A stretch of DNA of 63,380 bases, filler included, from Saprolegnia diclina VS20 (lineage: Eukaryota): assembly GCF_000281045.1 (NCBI RefSeq). It is 8 parts of 4 records of this genome, joined end to end, with 100 filler letters (N's around TTAATTAATTAA, not from the genome) between each part and the next. Parts side by side here need not be neighbours in the genome. Positions count along the whole stretch, not along the records: positions 1 to 17,170 come from NW_008246196.1; 7 more parts are not named here. The stretch is one strand, 5' to 3'. The notes beneath the pieces were generated by a model. The model had not been told where the DNA came from. It searched no databases and was given only the letters and a program-made list of their open reading frames with translations. Of this stretch, positions 1 to 12,300 are shown piece after piece. The translations under genes were made by a program, and so were the position numbers. Each line of letters begins with the position of its first letter. The stretch's first letter is position 1.

Positions 1-816
1 GATGACACCGCTCTTGTAGTACTGCCACGCGTCGTTGCCGGCCTCGACCGCCACCGTCGTCGGTTGCTGCACAATGGCCTTCTCGAGGTTGGCCTCGCCC
101 GGTGTCTCGACGTACGAACCGACTGCGAGAGGCTGCACCGCACATGTCTTGAGGCACTCGCCGTTCTTTTGCGTCGTGCCCGAGGTATACGGGTAGTCCT
201 TGGTGAGGCAGAGACCGCCGTTGGTGCCCGCGATCCAGTTGAGGGCCTCCGCTTCGTAGCCACCTTGGCAACCGAACTGGTTCTTGGTCTCACAGCTCAC
301 GACCTGCTGCTCCGAGAGGTCAAGGAGCGAGCCGGTCGCAATGCAGTGGGCCGACTCGACGGCACCCGTGGCCGAGAAGGCCCAGCACGACCCGCACTTG
401 CCCTGGTTCTTGATCGGGTTGACGCATGTCGACGTCGTCCAGTCGACGACGTCCGTGGCCGTTGACGCCGCGAGCGTGGCGTAGTCGACGTCCGCCGAAC
501 GGAGCACGCGCTTTCCGCGCTTGAACGAACGGCCGAGGAACACCTTGAACTCCTCGTGCGTGTAGAGGGCCATGGGGCCCAGACCAAACGTGGCGCTCGG
601 TTGGGTCGCCGAGAGACCCGCAATCGCCTTGTTGGCCGACGCGAGACGCGTCAGAAGCTCTTCGGTCTGCGACGCGTTGACGCCCGACGGCAAAGACTCG
701 GCGCCAAATTCATGAAGCCATGCGTTGAGCGGCGTTGTGAGCTGCGTGCGCTCGGCCGGCGTAAAGCTGGCCGAGACGGCGGTGGCGGCAAGCGTGGCGA
801 GAAGGATGCGCTGCAT
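1..816 (-). CDS. Papain-like (C1A) cysteine protease, secreted; 3' end lies outside the window
   Basis: Near-identical inverted copy of 2997-4040. ATG at 816 gives MQRILLATLAATAV; reads QGKCGSCWAFS and KNQFGCQGGYEAEALNW; frame open to the window edge. Confidence 0.93.
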   Translation of the reverse strand, partial: MQRILLATLAATAVSASFTPAERTQLTTPLNAWLHEFGAESLPSGVNASQTEELLTRLASANKAIAGLSATQPSATFGLGPMALYTHEEFKVFLGRSFKRGKRVLRSADVDYATLAASTATDVVDWTTSTCVNPIKNQGKCGSCWAFSATGAVESAHCIATGSLLDLSEQQVVSCETKNQFGCQGGYEAEALNWIAGTNGGLCLTKDYPYTSGTTQKNGECLKTCAVQPLAVGSYVETPGEANLEKAIVQQPTTVAVEAGNDAWQYYKSGVI

Positions 817-2971
817 GATCGAAGCAAGTTGGAAAGTGAGCATGAGACTAATTTTGGAGCGCCATCGAATCCGTGTGAAAGACAGAGCAACTGGGTTGGC
901 GCAAGCTGACTCGGGGTCCACGATCCAGTATCAGATCTTAGGCCAGCGAAGGATGGTCGAGATGGGCTCTGTCGCTTCCCGGTGGGACGACGTTCGCCAA
1001 AAACTCAGCCGTTCACGCTGTCGAGCAAACATCTGGAGCGAACAGGTGGGTGGACCTACATACACAGAAATGGGTGTTGATCACTGAGCGTTGATGGACG
1101 GACAGGTATTCAAAACACCCAAGTCGTGCCTTGAACGAGACACTAAAAAGGACGGGAGCAACGTCGTTAAATTGGTAAATCGCGCTGGTAAAGGAAGCTG
1201 CATTTTGCAGAAGCACCGCATGAGGTGGTCCATGTAAACATGAGAGTGGGACACGGAAGTCCATGAGTTGGGGTGTAGTTGCCAGAGCTGCGATTCAGCG
1301 AGCGATGCACGGTAAACGTCACACGCGGCTGCTGCCGAAGCTGCTCGGCGCGTTCTTTAGAAGAAAACAAGAGTCATTCATGCATACCCACATACGAACG
1401 CGTTCTCGAAACCCTGGTTTGTGAAAGCATCGCAGCATCGCACCTTGTCTTGCAGTTTCTTGATAGGATCACTCTTGGTGCCTCTGATGCAAGGTCTGTG
1501 AACAGAAATAACGACGCGTCGACATCAACTACAGAAGCTACTACGGCACTCGTCTAAATGCTGTTACGTTCTCAATTACAATCCCAGCGATATGTGATTG
1601 AATTCACTAAAGTAGTACGTTCCCACTCTTGTCAGCCGCACGATGCGAGGATCACGAAGCGTCTGTTTCACGTCACATAACTAACTATTGCGCGCATGCA
1701 AATTCAAGTACCGGTACAGTAGCCGAACGCCTGCCTCTGCGCGGTGTACCCAATCGGAAGAACCGCCGTGCCGAAACCCGTTTGGGATTGGCCAAGAGGG
1801 CGCCGTAACTCGCTTAGCCTCGAAGGAAGCCCTCCCACAATAAATCACTCAAAACACGCACCTCGTCACGCGCCTCTCAACGCCACCGTGGGACAAAACA
1901 GAAAACCTGTAGGAAATAATATCTCAATAGACTCATTCCAACAACGTCACACAACTATGGACTTCGAGCTGGACTGTAGACCCAGAAATGTGAACTGAGA
2001 ATCGTATCAGATCGACGCCACATCGCGATTAGCATGACCATTATTGCGTAGTACCGTTTTTGAATTTGATTCAAATGGGTGGTTGGGCCGCATCGCCCTT
2101 CCGAGAGCCATCTAACCAGAAAAACAATCCCTCGAGTATCCATTCGTCGAATGATACTTTTCATCGTTGGACTGACTCAGAACAGTGTAAAACCAAACCC
2201 AAGCACAGTTCTCGAATCAGATCTACCTTGCCCAGCTCGTATGACTTTTGTCAAGATCGCAACTGCAAACGTCGAGATCGCTGACTCGAAGAGTCTTCGT
2301 TGGTCTTTCTGGTGGTTTTCCCAGCCTCTGCCACGTCATTGGCTGTTTCCACCGTCAGTAGGCTTTTCCCCTCATATAAAGTATGAGGGTTTTGCCCTGT
2401 AGGAGTTTGTCTTGGAGTTTGTATGCCGCACCCGGAATATACGATATCACAGGTCGGGTCATTTGGAGCCTCTCGTGGCTTGACGTCGATTCCGCCACCC
2501 GACTGCACACATCTCTGTGTGCCTTTGTGTGGTTGTTTCTTCTTCCTCTTCTCTCCTCTCAGCCGAGTGTTTCACTTGCCGAGCTGCTAGTTTGTTAACT
2601 TTAAATAAACAGCGCTGCTCTCACGTGTGTGATTCGATGGCACTCGCAAAATGGTCATGCTTTCAACTGGACAAGGGAACTTTATACGGATAATGTTTTT
2701 AACCGGACAATGTACAGTTATATCCGTACAACCAGCGATATCTCGTTTCCTTGCCAGCCCAGATTGAAGTTGGATGCTCAGCTCACGCTCAGTGGTGTGC
2801 TTTAACATAGGATATCAAGCCTCTCTGCAGCTGTTGCTTATCCGAGTCAGCTTTCCCACGGCCCAATCTCTTGGTGTTCTTAAGCCCTCGGTAAAAAAGC
2901 TTTCTTTTAAATCGCGCTTGAATACACAGCCTCATGCCAACGTCTTCTCTTGCTCCAAGCATAGAAACAAT

Positions 2972-2989
2972 GCTCATTTTCCAACTTGC
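2972..2989 (+). promoter_or_regulatory. Oomycete Inr+FPR-like core promoter of the protease gene
   Basis: GCTCATTTTCCAACTTGC just upstream of ATG 2997; the inverted paralog keeps GCTCACTTTCCAACTTGC. Resembles the oomycete GCTCATTYYNNNWTTT motif. Confidence 0.65.
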
Positions 2990-2996
2990 TTCGATC

Positions 2997-4040
2997 ATGC
3001 AGCGCATCCTTCTTACCACGCTTGCCGCCACCGCCGTCGCGGCCAGCTTTACGCCGGCCGAGCGCACGCAGCTCACAAAGCAGCTCAACGCATGGCTTCA
3101 TGAATTTGGCGCCGAGTCTTTGCCGTCGGGCGTCAACGCGTCGCAGACCGAAGAGCTTCTGACGCGTCTCGCGTCAGCCAACAAGGCGATTGCGGGTCTC
3201 TCGGCGACCCAACCGAGCGCCACATTTGGTCTGGGCCCCATGGCCCTCTACACGCACGAGGAGTTCAAGGTGTTCCTCGGCCGCTCCTTCAACCGCGGAA
3301 AGCGCGTGCTCCGTTCGGCGGACGTCGACTACGCCACGCTCGCGGCGTCGACGGCCACGGACGTCGTCGACTGGACGACGTCGACATGCGTCAACCCGAT
3401 CAAGAACCAGGGCAAGTGCGGGTCGTGCTGGGCCTTCTCGGCCACGGGCGCCGTCGAGTCGGCCCACTGCATTGCGACCGGCTCGCTCCTTGACCTCTCG
3501 GAGCAGCAGGTCGTGAGCTGCGAGACCAAGAACCAGGGAGGTTGCCAAGGTGGCGACGAAGAGGAGGCCCTCAACTGGATCGCGGGCACCAACGGCGGTC
3601 TCTGCCTCACCAAGGACTACCCGTATACCTCGGGCACGACGCAAAAGAACGGCGAGTGCCTCAAGACATGTGCGGTGCAGCCTCTCGCAGTCGGTTCGTA
3701 CGTCGAGACGCCGGGCGAGGCCAACCTCGAGAAGGACATTGTGCAGCAACCGACGACGGTGGCGGTCGAGGCCGGCAACGACGCGTGGCAGTACTACAAG
3801 AGCGGTGTCATCACGACGTGCCCCGGCGACGAGTCGGACCACGCCGTCGTCGCGCTCGGGTATGGCGCCGAGAACGGCGTCAAGTACTTCAAGATCCGCA
3901 ACTCGTGGGGCACCAAGTGGGGCGAACAGGGTTACGTCAAGCTCCAGCGCGGTGTCGGCGGCAAGGGTATGTGCAACGTCGCCGAGTTCCCGGCGTACCC
4001 CAAGATCAAGGGCACCCCCGTCCCGAAGCCGGCTTGCTAA
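2997..4040 (+). CDS. Papain-like (C1A) cysteine protease with signal peptide and I29-like prodomain, intronless
   Basis: Hydrophobic N-terminus; prodomain ending YTHEEF; catalytic motifs QGKCGSCWAFS (Cys), DHAV (His), RNSWG (Asn). ATG 2997 chosen because it follows the Inr motif. Confidence 0.95.
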   Translation: MQRILLTTLAATAVAASFTPAERTQLTKQLNAWLHEFGAESLPSGVNASQTEELLTRLASANKAIAGLSATQPSATFGLGPMALYTHEEFKVFLGRSFNRGKRVLRSADVDYATLAASTATDVVDWTTSTCVNPIKNQGKCGSCWAFSATGAVESAHCIATGSLLDLSEQQVVSCETKNQGGCQGGDEEEALNWIAGTNGGLCLTKDYPYTSGTTQKNGECLKTCAVQPLAVGSYVETPGEANLEKDIVQQPTTVAVEAGNDAWQYYKSGVITTCPGDESDHAVVALGYGAENGVKYFKIRNSWGTKWGEQGYVKLQRGVGGKGMCNVAEFPAYPKIKGTPVPKPAC

Positions 4041-4824
4041 GCCATGCGTTCAAGCTGCCAACACAGCCCGCCGTCGTAGTCACCACCGTGTTGACCAATC
4101 GTGCCGTATTCGCGGGGATATATACATTATGCTACGTGTTAAAAAATTCGAAGTCGTTTTATTGTGTGCGAGTGTTGCCCGCTGAAGCTGGACCCGAGTT
4201 ATTAGAGACGCCAAGACATGTGATGCTCTAGTGGAAACAGATGTGTTGTTGTTGAAGTGGGACGTCTATTAAAATAGATACGTACATCAACGCTAAATCA
4301 AATCGTCGTACTTTCTTCGTTGTGTAGGCGCTGGTGCTGACCTTGATCTAGGTCGGCGGAGGCAGGAGCGCGATCCGCGGGACAAGGTGCCACTCTTGTT
4401 GAGCGAGGAGCCGGAGAAGGCGACGGAGAGCCATCTGCCCGGGCTTTTGAACGAGGCTGTGGTGCAAGTGCATTTGAGCGACACGCGCCGCCTTGACGGC
4501 AATCGTCCATGGAAGTATTGACATTTGTCACGTGCGTGATCAGTATTCGCGGTCCATCCGGATAGCTGACGTGGCACCCCGAGAGATCGATTGGCCTAAT
4601 CGTACAGGCCAGGTACGACTACCGATGCTTTCGTGGTCGTCGTGGNNNNNNNNNNNNNNNNNNNNNNNNNNNNNNNNNNNNNNNNNNNNNNNNNNNNNNN
4701 NNNNNNNNNNNNNNNNNNNNNNNNNNNNNNNNNNNNNNNNNNNNNNNNNNNNNNNNNNNNNNNNNNNNNNNTGGTCGAAGATTCGGGCAGTTGATTCGAC
4801 GCGTTTCTTTTTTTTTTGAAAAAC

Positions 4825-7800
4825 GGCAGAGTGCGAATCGCATGGGGCGACTGCACTCCCGTTCGCAATATATCCATTTATAGAGGTTACCTCTGGAAGC
4901 CCCATACCGACTATTTATCAAGTTATGGAATGCGCGTTATTTCCGGAAAGCGTGCGGGGCGCGCTCCGAGGGACCGCGCGTCGCCGTGCGTCACTCCAAG
5001 CTTTCAGCGCAGGCGCCAGCTTTGCGACCGCATAGCACACTCATCTTTACGCACGCTTGGCAGCATGGCCCGCTGCCAGGAGTCCGCCGCCAACGTCGCC
5101 TCGAGTGCCTCCAAGCTAGGAGGAACCTCCACGCAACCTCCAATGAACGACTTATTGATATGAATGGTATTTACTATATGTATGCGTTGACTGTCTAGAT
5201 GCAGGTCGTCACGCTTGAGCCGCTGGGTCTGTGCTCGACTGTAGCTCGTTCCACTCGGCGATTGCCTTGTCGTAGGCGGTGATGCCGGAGCCACCGGGAC
5301 CGTTCTTGATTCGGTCCTTGTTGGCCTTGTAGAACTTGTGGAGTGGGCACTCATCAAAGCCCCTTTGGCGGTGGTTGCGGTGGGGGCACAAGCACACAGG
5401 ACACGGTCGATACTGGCGCTTCGTCTTGGGCCGCGAGTCGTCAGCGCCGCCGTCCGTGAGCTCGCCAAGATGACGTTTGTATGCGGTAGCACGCGGCGCA
5501 TGAGGCGGTGCGACTTCGTTCGCGACGGCTTCGTAGCCGCCGATCGGCTGGTTGGTGGTACGAGGTACGTCGCGCAGTGGGAATGGCGTTGGGACGAGCA
5601 CCTTGCGGGGTCGGGAGTCCTTGAATTGTATCTGAGCAAGGCGGTCAGCCCCGGTCGAGGCAAGCGCGTGCCGAGCGTCGTTGAGCTCCTTGGCATAGAG
5701 GACAATGTGGCGGGTATTCTTGAGCGCCACGTTGGCGACAGTGACGTCGAGAGCCTTGCCACTGGACAACGCAAGCGGTACGACATCGCGCTTGGTGAGC
5801 CACCAAGAGATGAGTAGGTCGTTCCACGCGTCCGCGATCATGGTGTCATCGGTCGAGCGCTTGCTCTCGACGAGGAAGCGGTAGAGGAATTTTTCATCAG
5901 ACTCGAGCACCGCTCTGGCAGGCGCCACAACGCCACTGCGGCGCATAGCCCACGACAACGGCTCAGCGTCGACGTCGTCTTGCCTTGCTTCGTCTATTGC
6001 GGCACGGGCTCGCTCCAGAGCACGCAGTGCTGACGACATGTGCTGTCGGCGAACGACACCGAACGACTCGTCAGTTGCACGGGCCGCAATTGTTGGTACG
6101 CTAGTCGTATAGGTCAGAAGCGTTGATGAGCGAAGTATTAGTCGTACCTGGTGAGCCAGTTGGGTTGGTTGGTTGGTTGTAGTTGCACCATGAGCGCCTT
6201 CACTTGCATAGCAAGATGCGGATCGAGCAGTCGCGGGCCGTGGTACTTCGTGGTGATCGAGCGCTTGGTCAAATTCCTGCGAAAAATGCGGTCCATGAGA
6301 ATGCAATGGAGCGTCGTCATGCTCAAACGGGTGCCATGCACGCACGAGCGCAGGATGTGATGGAGGTTCTCGAGCTGGCTCGTCGATCGCACCGTCACAT
6401 ATCTACAACATCATGACTCGAAAGACTTTCAAAGGCCAATACGCACCGCGGATTGTCGCTGGTACCAATGTCGGTGTACAACGAGATGCCCTTCTCGTCG
6501 CAGATGTAGCCGAGATCGAGGTCGACCATTGCATTCGCGTGCGTGTCGTCGATCGACTTCTTGAAGAGGCCAGGTACATCTCTGTACTTCTTGATGAGCG
6601 ACTCGACCTTTGTTTTGATGGTCTCTGGATCTTGGACGTAGCGCCGCACCCTGTTCTTGAGCAGTCGTTCGGGAATGTCTTTGCCGCTATACAATGTTAC
6701 ATCAGGAAGATGCATACGAAATGGGACTACATGTGCTCGGGGTGCTTGTCGCGAATCTCAGCCGCCACGCGTGCCATGTCTTCCGCGTCGGCAGTGAAGA
6801 AGCACTCGGAGAGGTCGCCCATGAACCAAGTCCGCAGCCAGTGCGCGTAGCACGCCTTGTAGTACTTGTCAAGCACGTGCCAAATGTCCTTCTTGACTTT
6901 GATCTGCGGGCCAAAGATCTCCTTGAGAATGTCGACGTCCGCCTTCGGGTTGTCTGTGTAGATGAGCTCCACGGGGGCTGCCAAGCGCTTGTTTAGGAGC
7001 TTGAGCTCTTCCTTGATCTCTTCAATGCTCTTGGTCTCGCAAAAGTAGAAGGCAAGAACCTCGCCGGGCTACAACTACAGCACTTGAACCAGCTTTGAGT
7101 TTCGTAGCACACGTACCCCGTTCAAGACGGTAAAGATTGATGTAAACGGTTTTGTACCGTCGGCGTCTTTCGCCGCATTGGCAACTTTGAACGTGTGGTC
7201 GATCTTGAGCACTGTCCCGTCTTGTCCAGAGCTGATGGTGCCTTCGAGATACGGATGCACTCGCTGCACCTCGTCGACGGCAATGTTCCGCATCGTGCGC
7301 CCCGACAGCTCGGGTTCTGCACGCGCAAGCTCAAACTCACCAAGGTCGAGCGCTGCGCTGGTCGCGCCCAAGGCAGCATGGCGCGCGCGTCGCATGGCTT
7401 CAAACTCGAGCATAGCTTTGAGCCGGCGCTGGAGATGCATCTCTCGGAGCGTTGTGTGCATCTCACTCGCAGCGTCGAACGACGTCAGTTGCTGCATTTC
7501 ACGCGCGTACGTGACGATGTCGAAGGAAATGATGCTTCGACCACTCTTTCGAAACGGCAACAGCGTGAGGACCAACGACGGGTACCATGTTGCGAGGAGA
7601 CGCTCGTCAAGGCTCGAGAAGCACGTGTCTTTGACTACATCCACAAAATATAGCATAATTGTCGAATGTACTCCGCCATGTTACCAGTTTTAGCATCAGC
7701 AAAACCTCCAACAACGCCATTGGCATCGCTCGGCTCGACTATAGTAGTATATGTGAGCCATAAACTATTAGAGGAGCAGTACGTAGAGCACATACCTGCA

Positions 7801-9063
7801 GCATCGTGCGAATCGCCAAGGCTCGCTGTCTGCGCACTCGCTGCTCCGGGACAGTTTNNNNNNNNNNNNNNNNNNNNNNNNNNNNNNNNNNNNNNNNNNN
7901 NNNNNNNNNNNNNNNNNNNNNNNNNNNNNNNNNNNNNNNNNNNNNNNNNNNNNNNNNNNNNNNNNNNNNNNNNNNNNNNNNNNNNNNNNNNNNNNNNNNN
8001 NNNNNNNNNNNNNNNNNNNNNNNNNNNNNNNNNNNNNNNNNNNNNNNNNNNNNNNNNNNNNNNNNNNNNNNNNNNNNNNNNNNNNNNNNNNNNNNNTCGA
8101 TGGGCGCCTTCATGTCGAGTGCGGGGTCCGACATTGTGTACTTGAACGAGGGCCACAGCTGACGATCAAGAGGCGTCCTTGCACTGGGCTTCAATTTGTC
8201 TAGCGCCGGCAATGTAGCTAGGCGCCGCTGCCATTCGCTCTCCAGAAACGTGGACTCGACGGATTCCTCGCTGTCATCCCTATGTGAGAATTTTGGCTGT
8301 AAGGGTCGTGATATAGCAATGACATTCAGATCGTACAGTGCGGGGGTAATGCCGTTGTCGACTGCCACCTCGGCCACCGGAGGCCCGACGCGAGTCGATG
8401 GGGATGCAGAAGCGGACACCACATGCTCGTCGATACGAGCACGCAGCCCACGTACAGCGTGCTTGAAGACGCTCTGTTGCACCACGGCAGCGCGCTTCTT
8501 GGTCGCGCGCTTCCTATGCATCGCCCGCGACTCGTTGGTCCAAGTCATTTGATTGATCGCGCCTACCTGGCGGCCGCTCCTTGGGGACACCCGCGCGCGT
8601 GGATCGTTTGCTTCTTGCAGAGACCGCAGACGTTCTTGTTGTCGACGATGAGCCGCGGGCCTGTGCTTCTCGATCGACCCGTGGCGAGGACTTGTGTCGC
8701 AGACTGCATGTTGATGTTTGAGTCGCACGCGTTCCACAATCGAGCGAGCGTTCTACAAACGAGCAATCGCAGCTCAGCACTCGCAGAGTGATCGCAGCGA
8801 TGCATTTTGGCCAACAAGATTGCCGAGCTCTCCAAAAAGCTCGGCATTTTAGCCAATTAGAATGAAGCAGACTTCGCGCAATAGCGCATTAAAATATCTT
8901 GATTCATGTATACCATGTCTCATGCCGTGAAAGTGGACCCAGCGCGGGCCGCCGGACGAAAAGCCGGTCGCGTAATAAAATGAATTCCCACATTCTTCTC
9001 CCTCTTTTTTTGCATGCGCTGCGCGAAGTATTTTTACTCGCCCCATGTTGTTCGCACAAAGCC
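4825..9063 (-). mobile_element. DNA transposon with imperfect ~26-bp TIRs and 8-bp TSD, apparently autonomous
   Basis: Left end GGCAGAGTGCGAATCGCATGGGGCGA (4825); right end reverse complement GGCTTTGTGCGAACAACATGGGGCGA (ends 9063); perfect direct repeat TGAAAAAC at 4817-4824 and 9064-9071. Contains an N gap at 7858-8096. Confidence 0.88.
5209..8847 (-). CDS. Spliced DDE transposase-like protein (D..D..DxxH..E) with N- and C-terminal Cys/His clusters
   Basis: Removing GT-AG introns 8514-8566, 7739-7795, 7635-7684, 7069-7116, 6687-6730, 6403-6446 and 6101-6147 joins the short ORFs in frame on each side of the gap: CGLC..H...CP; KIDHTFK; FTVLNG|PGEV; YTDNP; KKDIWH; RRYVQDPE; RSTSQLENLH; TDESFGV; CPVCLCPH...C. 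Confidence 0.8.
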
Positions 9064-9305
9064 TGAAAAACGAGGGTCCCCACGGATGTTACGCCCCCTT
9101 CTCCTTTGCATGTCGATTCTTTTTCGACGCACTTCAAGGGAGGGGGGCCTACTTTTTGGCAATGCACTCTATATAGTGTACGATTGTTTGTGTACAATGC
9201 TGCCCAATGTGCCTCTCGGCCGACACTATTTCCGTTTATCTCCGATCAGGTTGCAGGCCATAATATTCATTGTCGCAGGAAATATCCACGAGCCCAATCA
9301 GGCGC

Positions 9306-12300
9306 ATGGACGAGTCCGGCGATGGCACGGAGGGCAGCATTGTCGGCGACGTCCTCCTCCACAACCTCATGGGCTTCGACCTCGTGGAGAGCGCCCCGTA
9401 CTCGGTCTCGGACGTGCTCGCCGCACCGCCAAGCGCCTACCGGTCGACCGACAGCTGCTTCGCCCCGTGGAGCGCCGACGACAGGCCCATGGATCTGCGC
9501 GGTTCGGCCTTCGCTGCCATATGGGAGCGCTACCTCCACTTGAACCACCTCGAGGTAGATGAGCGGCCCGCGTCGGAGCTGGCACGCTTCCTCCACGACG
9601 TCGAGGTGCTCCAGCAAACGTACGTCGGCTACGATACGATGAGCGCGGGCGACTGGCCACTTGGCGCGCTCACGCTGGTCGTCGACGAGATGCTGTACGC
9701 GCTACAACACGCGCTGTGCGTTCGTCTCTCGGTCGCGCTTCGCGTCTTGTCCAAGGCGCTGCGCTGGAAGCGCAACCAAGCAATCGTGCTGCGGCTTCAC
9801 GACGGCGCCGGCATCGCCTGCCTCTTTGGCCCCCTGACGACGCTGCTGCAAACATGGCTCGATCACGTGACCGTGCGACACGAGGGAGACGGCGACAGCG
9901 ATGACGACGACGATCGGATCTGCCTCTACGATACGCTACGGAGCTGGGCAAGGCTTCTCGAGGTGTGCTTTGTCGGGTCCAGCGCGCTCTGGAAGCAGTG
10001 GGCCGACGTCGACGTCGCGATGCCCGACCTGCTCTCACCTGCCACTGCTTCCGGAAGCGCTGACCCCTCGGATGCGTGCTTGTCAGCGCTTGACGACGTC
10101 CACCACGAGTGGACCGACTACTACTTTGACTCGAAGAAGCCGACGCCGATGGGCTTTCTGCAGCACGCGTTCTATGCGCTGCCGCCACTTCGCGCCTTTG
10201 AACACGTTTGTATCGAGAGCCTTCTCGTCGTTTTCGCCGCGACCCGGGCCGCCGACCTCACCTCGCATCACGTGGTGTCGCCATGGATCCCGCTGCAGCT
10301 CGATGTGCTCGGACTCCTCGGGGCGCTGCTCTGCGTCCACCGAAGTACGTCGTCGGCGCCGATAGTTGGGGACGCCTTCTTATCAGCGCTCTTTGATGTG
10401 CTGCTTTTGGACGCCAAGCAGCCATCGGGCTCGGCCCAGCGCATGGCGCAAGAGACGTCGCTCACGTCCATGGTGCTCCGTGTCGGCCTCGAAGTGTGTG
10501 CGACCGCCGATAATCTCTGGCTCGTTTTTGCCGAAAAGCTCAGCCTCGTACAGTCGCCGCTGCGCTGGCTCCTCGACACGTCGCTGCAGCTCGCATCGTC
10601 GACAACGACGATCGAACCGCGGACGTCCGGCGAACACCCGACGTATGCGCTGACGCTGCATGGCGATCTCTTTTCGGATGTGGAAGCTGCGACCGGCGAC
10701 CGCGTCTTGTGCTATGCGTGTCAGCACCATGCGACGCGCTTTGTCGCGACCGGGCTAGTCGCGGCCTGTGGCGCGCAGCGCCTCGCATTGTCGACACCGG
10801 CGCATCACGCATGGCACCACGCCAACCTCTGCTACAAGGCGCTGTTTGACACGCTCTTTCTCACGTTTGCGACCCCGGCGGTGCGCTTCCTCGACACGAC
10901 GATGCCGGTCGACCTGAGCGCGTCACCGATCGCTGGCTTTTTCGAGCACATAATCCTTGTGGCATTAAACTGGAGCCGCGCTGCGCGCCGCCACGTCGCC
11001 GGCGTCAGCGTCGAGCTCCACGCTGCGTGCTTCCTCCGACACGTCTTTCATTTGCATCCGCAGAGCACGGTCGTCGCGACTACGCTGCGTGACGCCGACG
11101 CGTGGCCGTTTCTGTGGCGGCACCCGAGTCTCTTTGACGCGCTCGGCGCGCGCTGTTTACATCCACGCACATTGCGGCTCGGCGATGTGTCGACGACGAT
11201 CGCGGCGCTCGACAAGGGCCCGCGCAGCTGTTTTGCCACGTACCATGCGGTCGTCCTGGCCACGCTTTTGCGGATTATGCACGCGCTTCCCGACAAGACA
11301 GCGTACTTGGGGCTAGTCTTCAAGAGCCTGGTCGCGACGAGTCAGGAGAACGATGCTTGGTTCCGTTTCTCGATGCTCTCGGTGCTCGAGCAGCTGGCCT
11401 ACGCCGAAGGTGCCGCCTTTGACGCCTTCTTTCTTGCGCATGTCCCGTTGGTGGCGCGGTTGCTCGGGCCCATCGATGAGAGTGATGCGTCGTCACTTGC
11501 CCGGCGAGCGAGTCTTCGCTTCCTCCACGTCTTTGTGACCCCGTTGCGGGCTGTGGATGTCCTCGACGTCGAGCTCACGATGCGCTGCGGGCTCCTTCCG
11601 GCGCTTTTCCAGCTGCTGCACGACCCGACGTGTGTCCCGTACATACTGCAGATGCTGCCGGGGCTCTTGCACGCGGGTCTGGAGCTTCTCTTTGGCCGGC
11701 ACGTGGCTGCGACATCGGCCGACGTGCTCCACGCCCAGCTCTTCCAGCTGTACACGCAGTCACTCTCCGAGCTCATCTCGCAGACGCAGCGTGGCGTCGG
11801 CGACGTGGTCATGGCGCTCGTCGATGTCCTCGACTCTGTGCTGGCATCGAGTGTGTACGTGACGGCGGCGCAAAAGCTGTTCCGAGACTGTGGGCTCTTT
11901 GTACATCTCACCAATTTGCTCCACTCGCGCCATTACGTCGAGACACCGGGCCATGGCAGCGTAATCCGAGCTGTCGGCGCCGTGCTCACGTTGCTCATGG
12001 CGGGTAACCGCGAGTCCAAGGCCGAGTTTCGGTCGCTCCTCGGGTCGGCAATCGACGATCACGATCACGACCGCGTCGCGTACGCGCCTCTTGTCGACGT
12101 GTGCTTGGCCGCCGAGCCTGACGCCATCTCGCTGGCGACCATGGAGCTCTTTCTCAAGATGATGGTCGACAACGATCGTGCCGGTTGTCGGATCCACAAC
12201 CCAGACGCGGTGCCCGTGCTCTGGCTCCTCTTCCGGCGCTGTGTGGTCGAGGTGCAACATGTTGTCGTTGGACGCTTCCTCGAGCTCTTTGACGCGGCGA

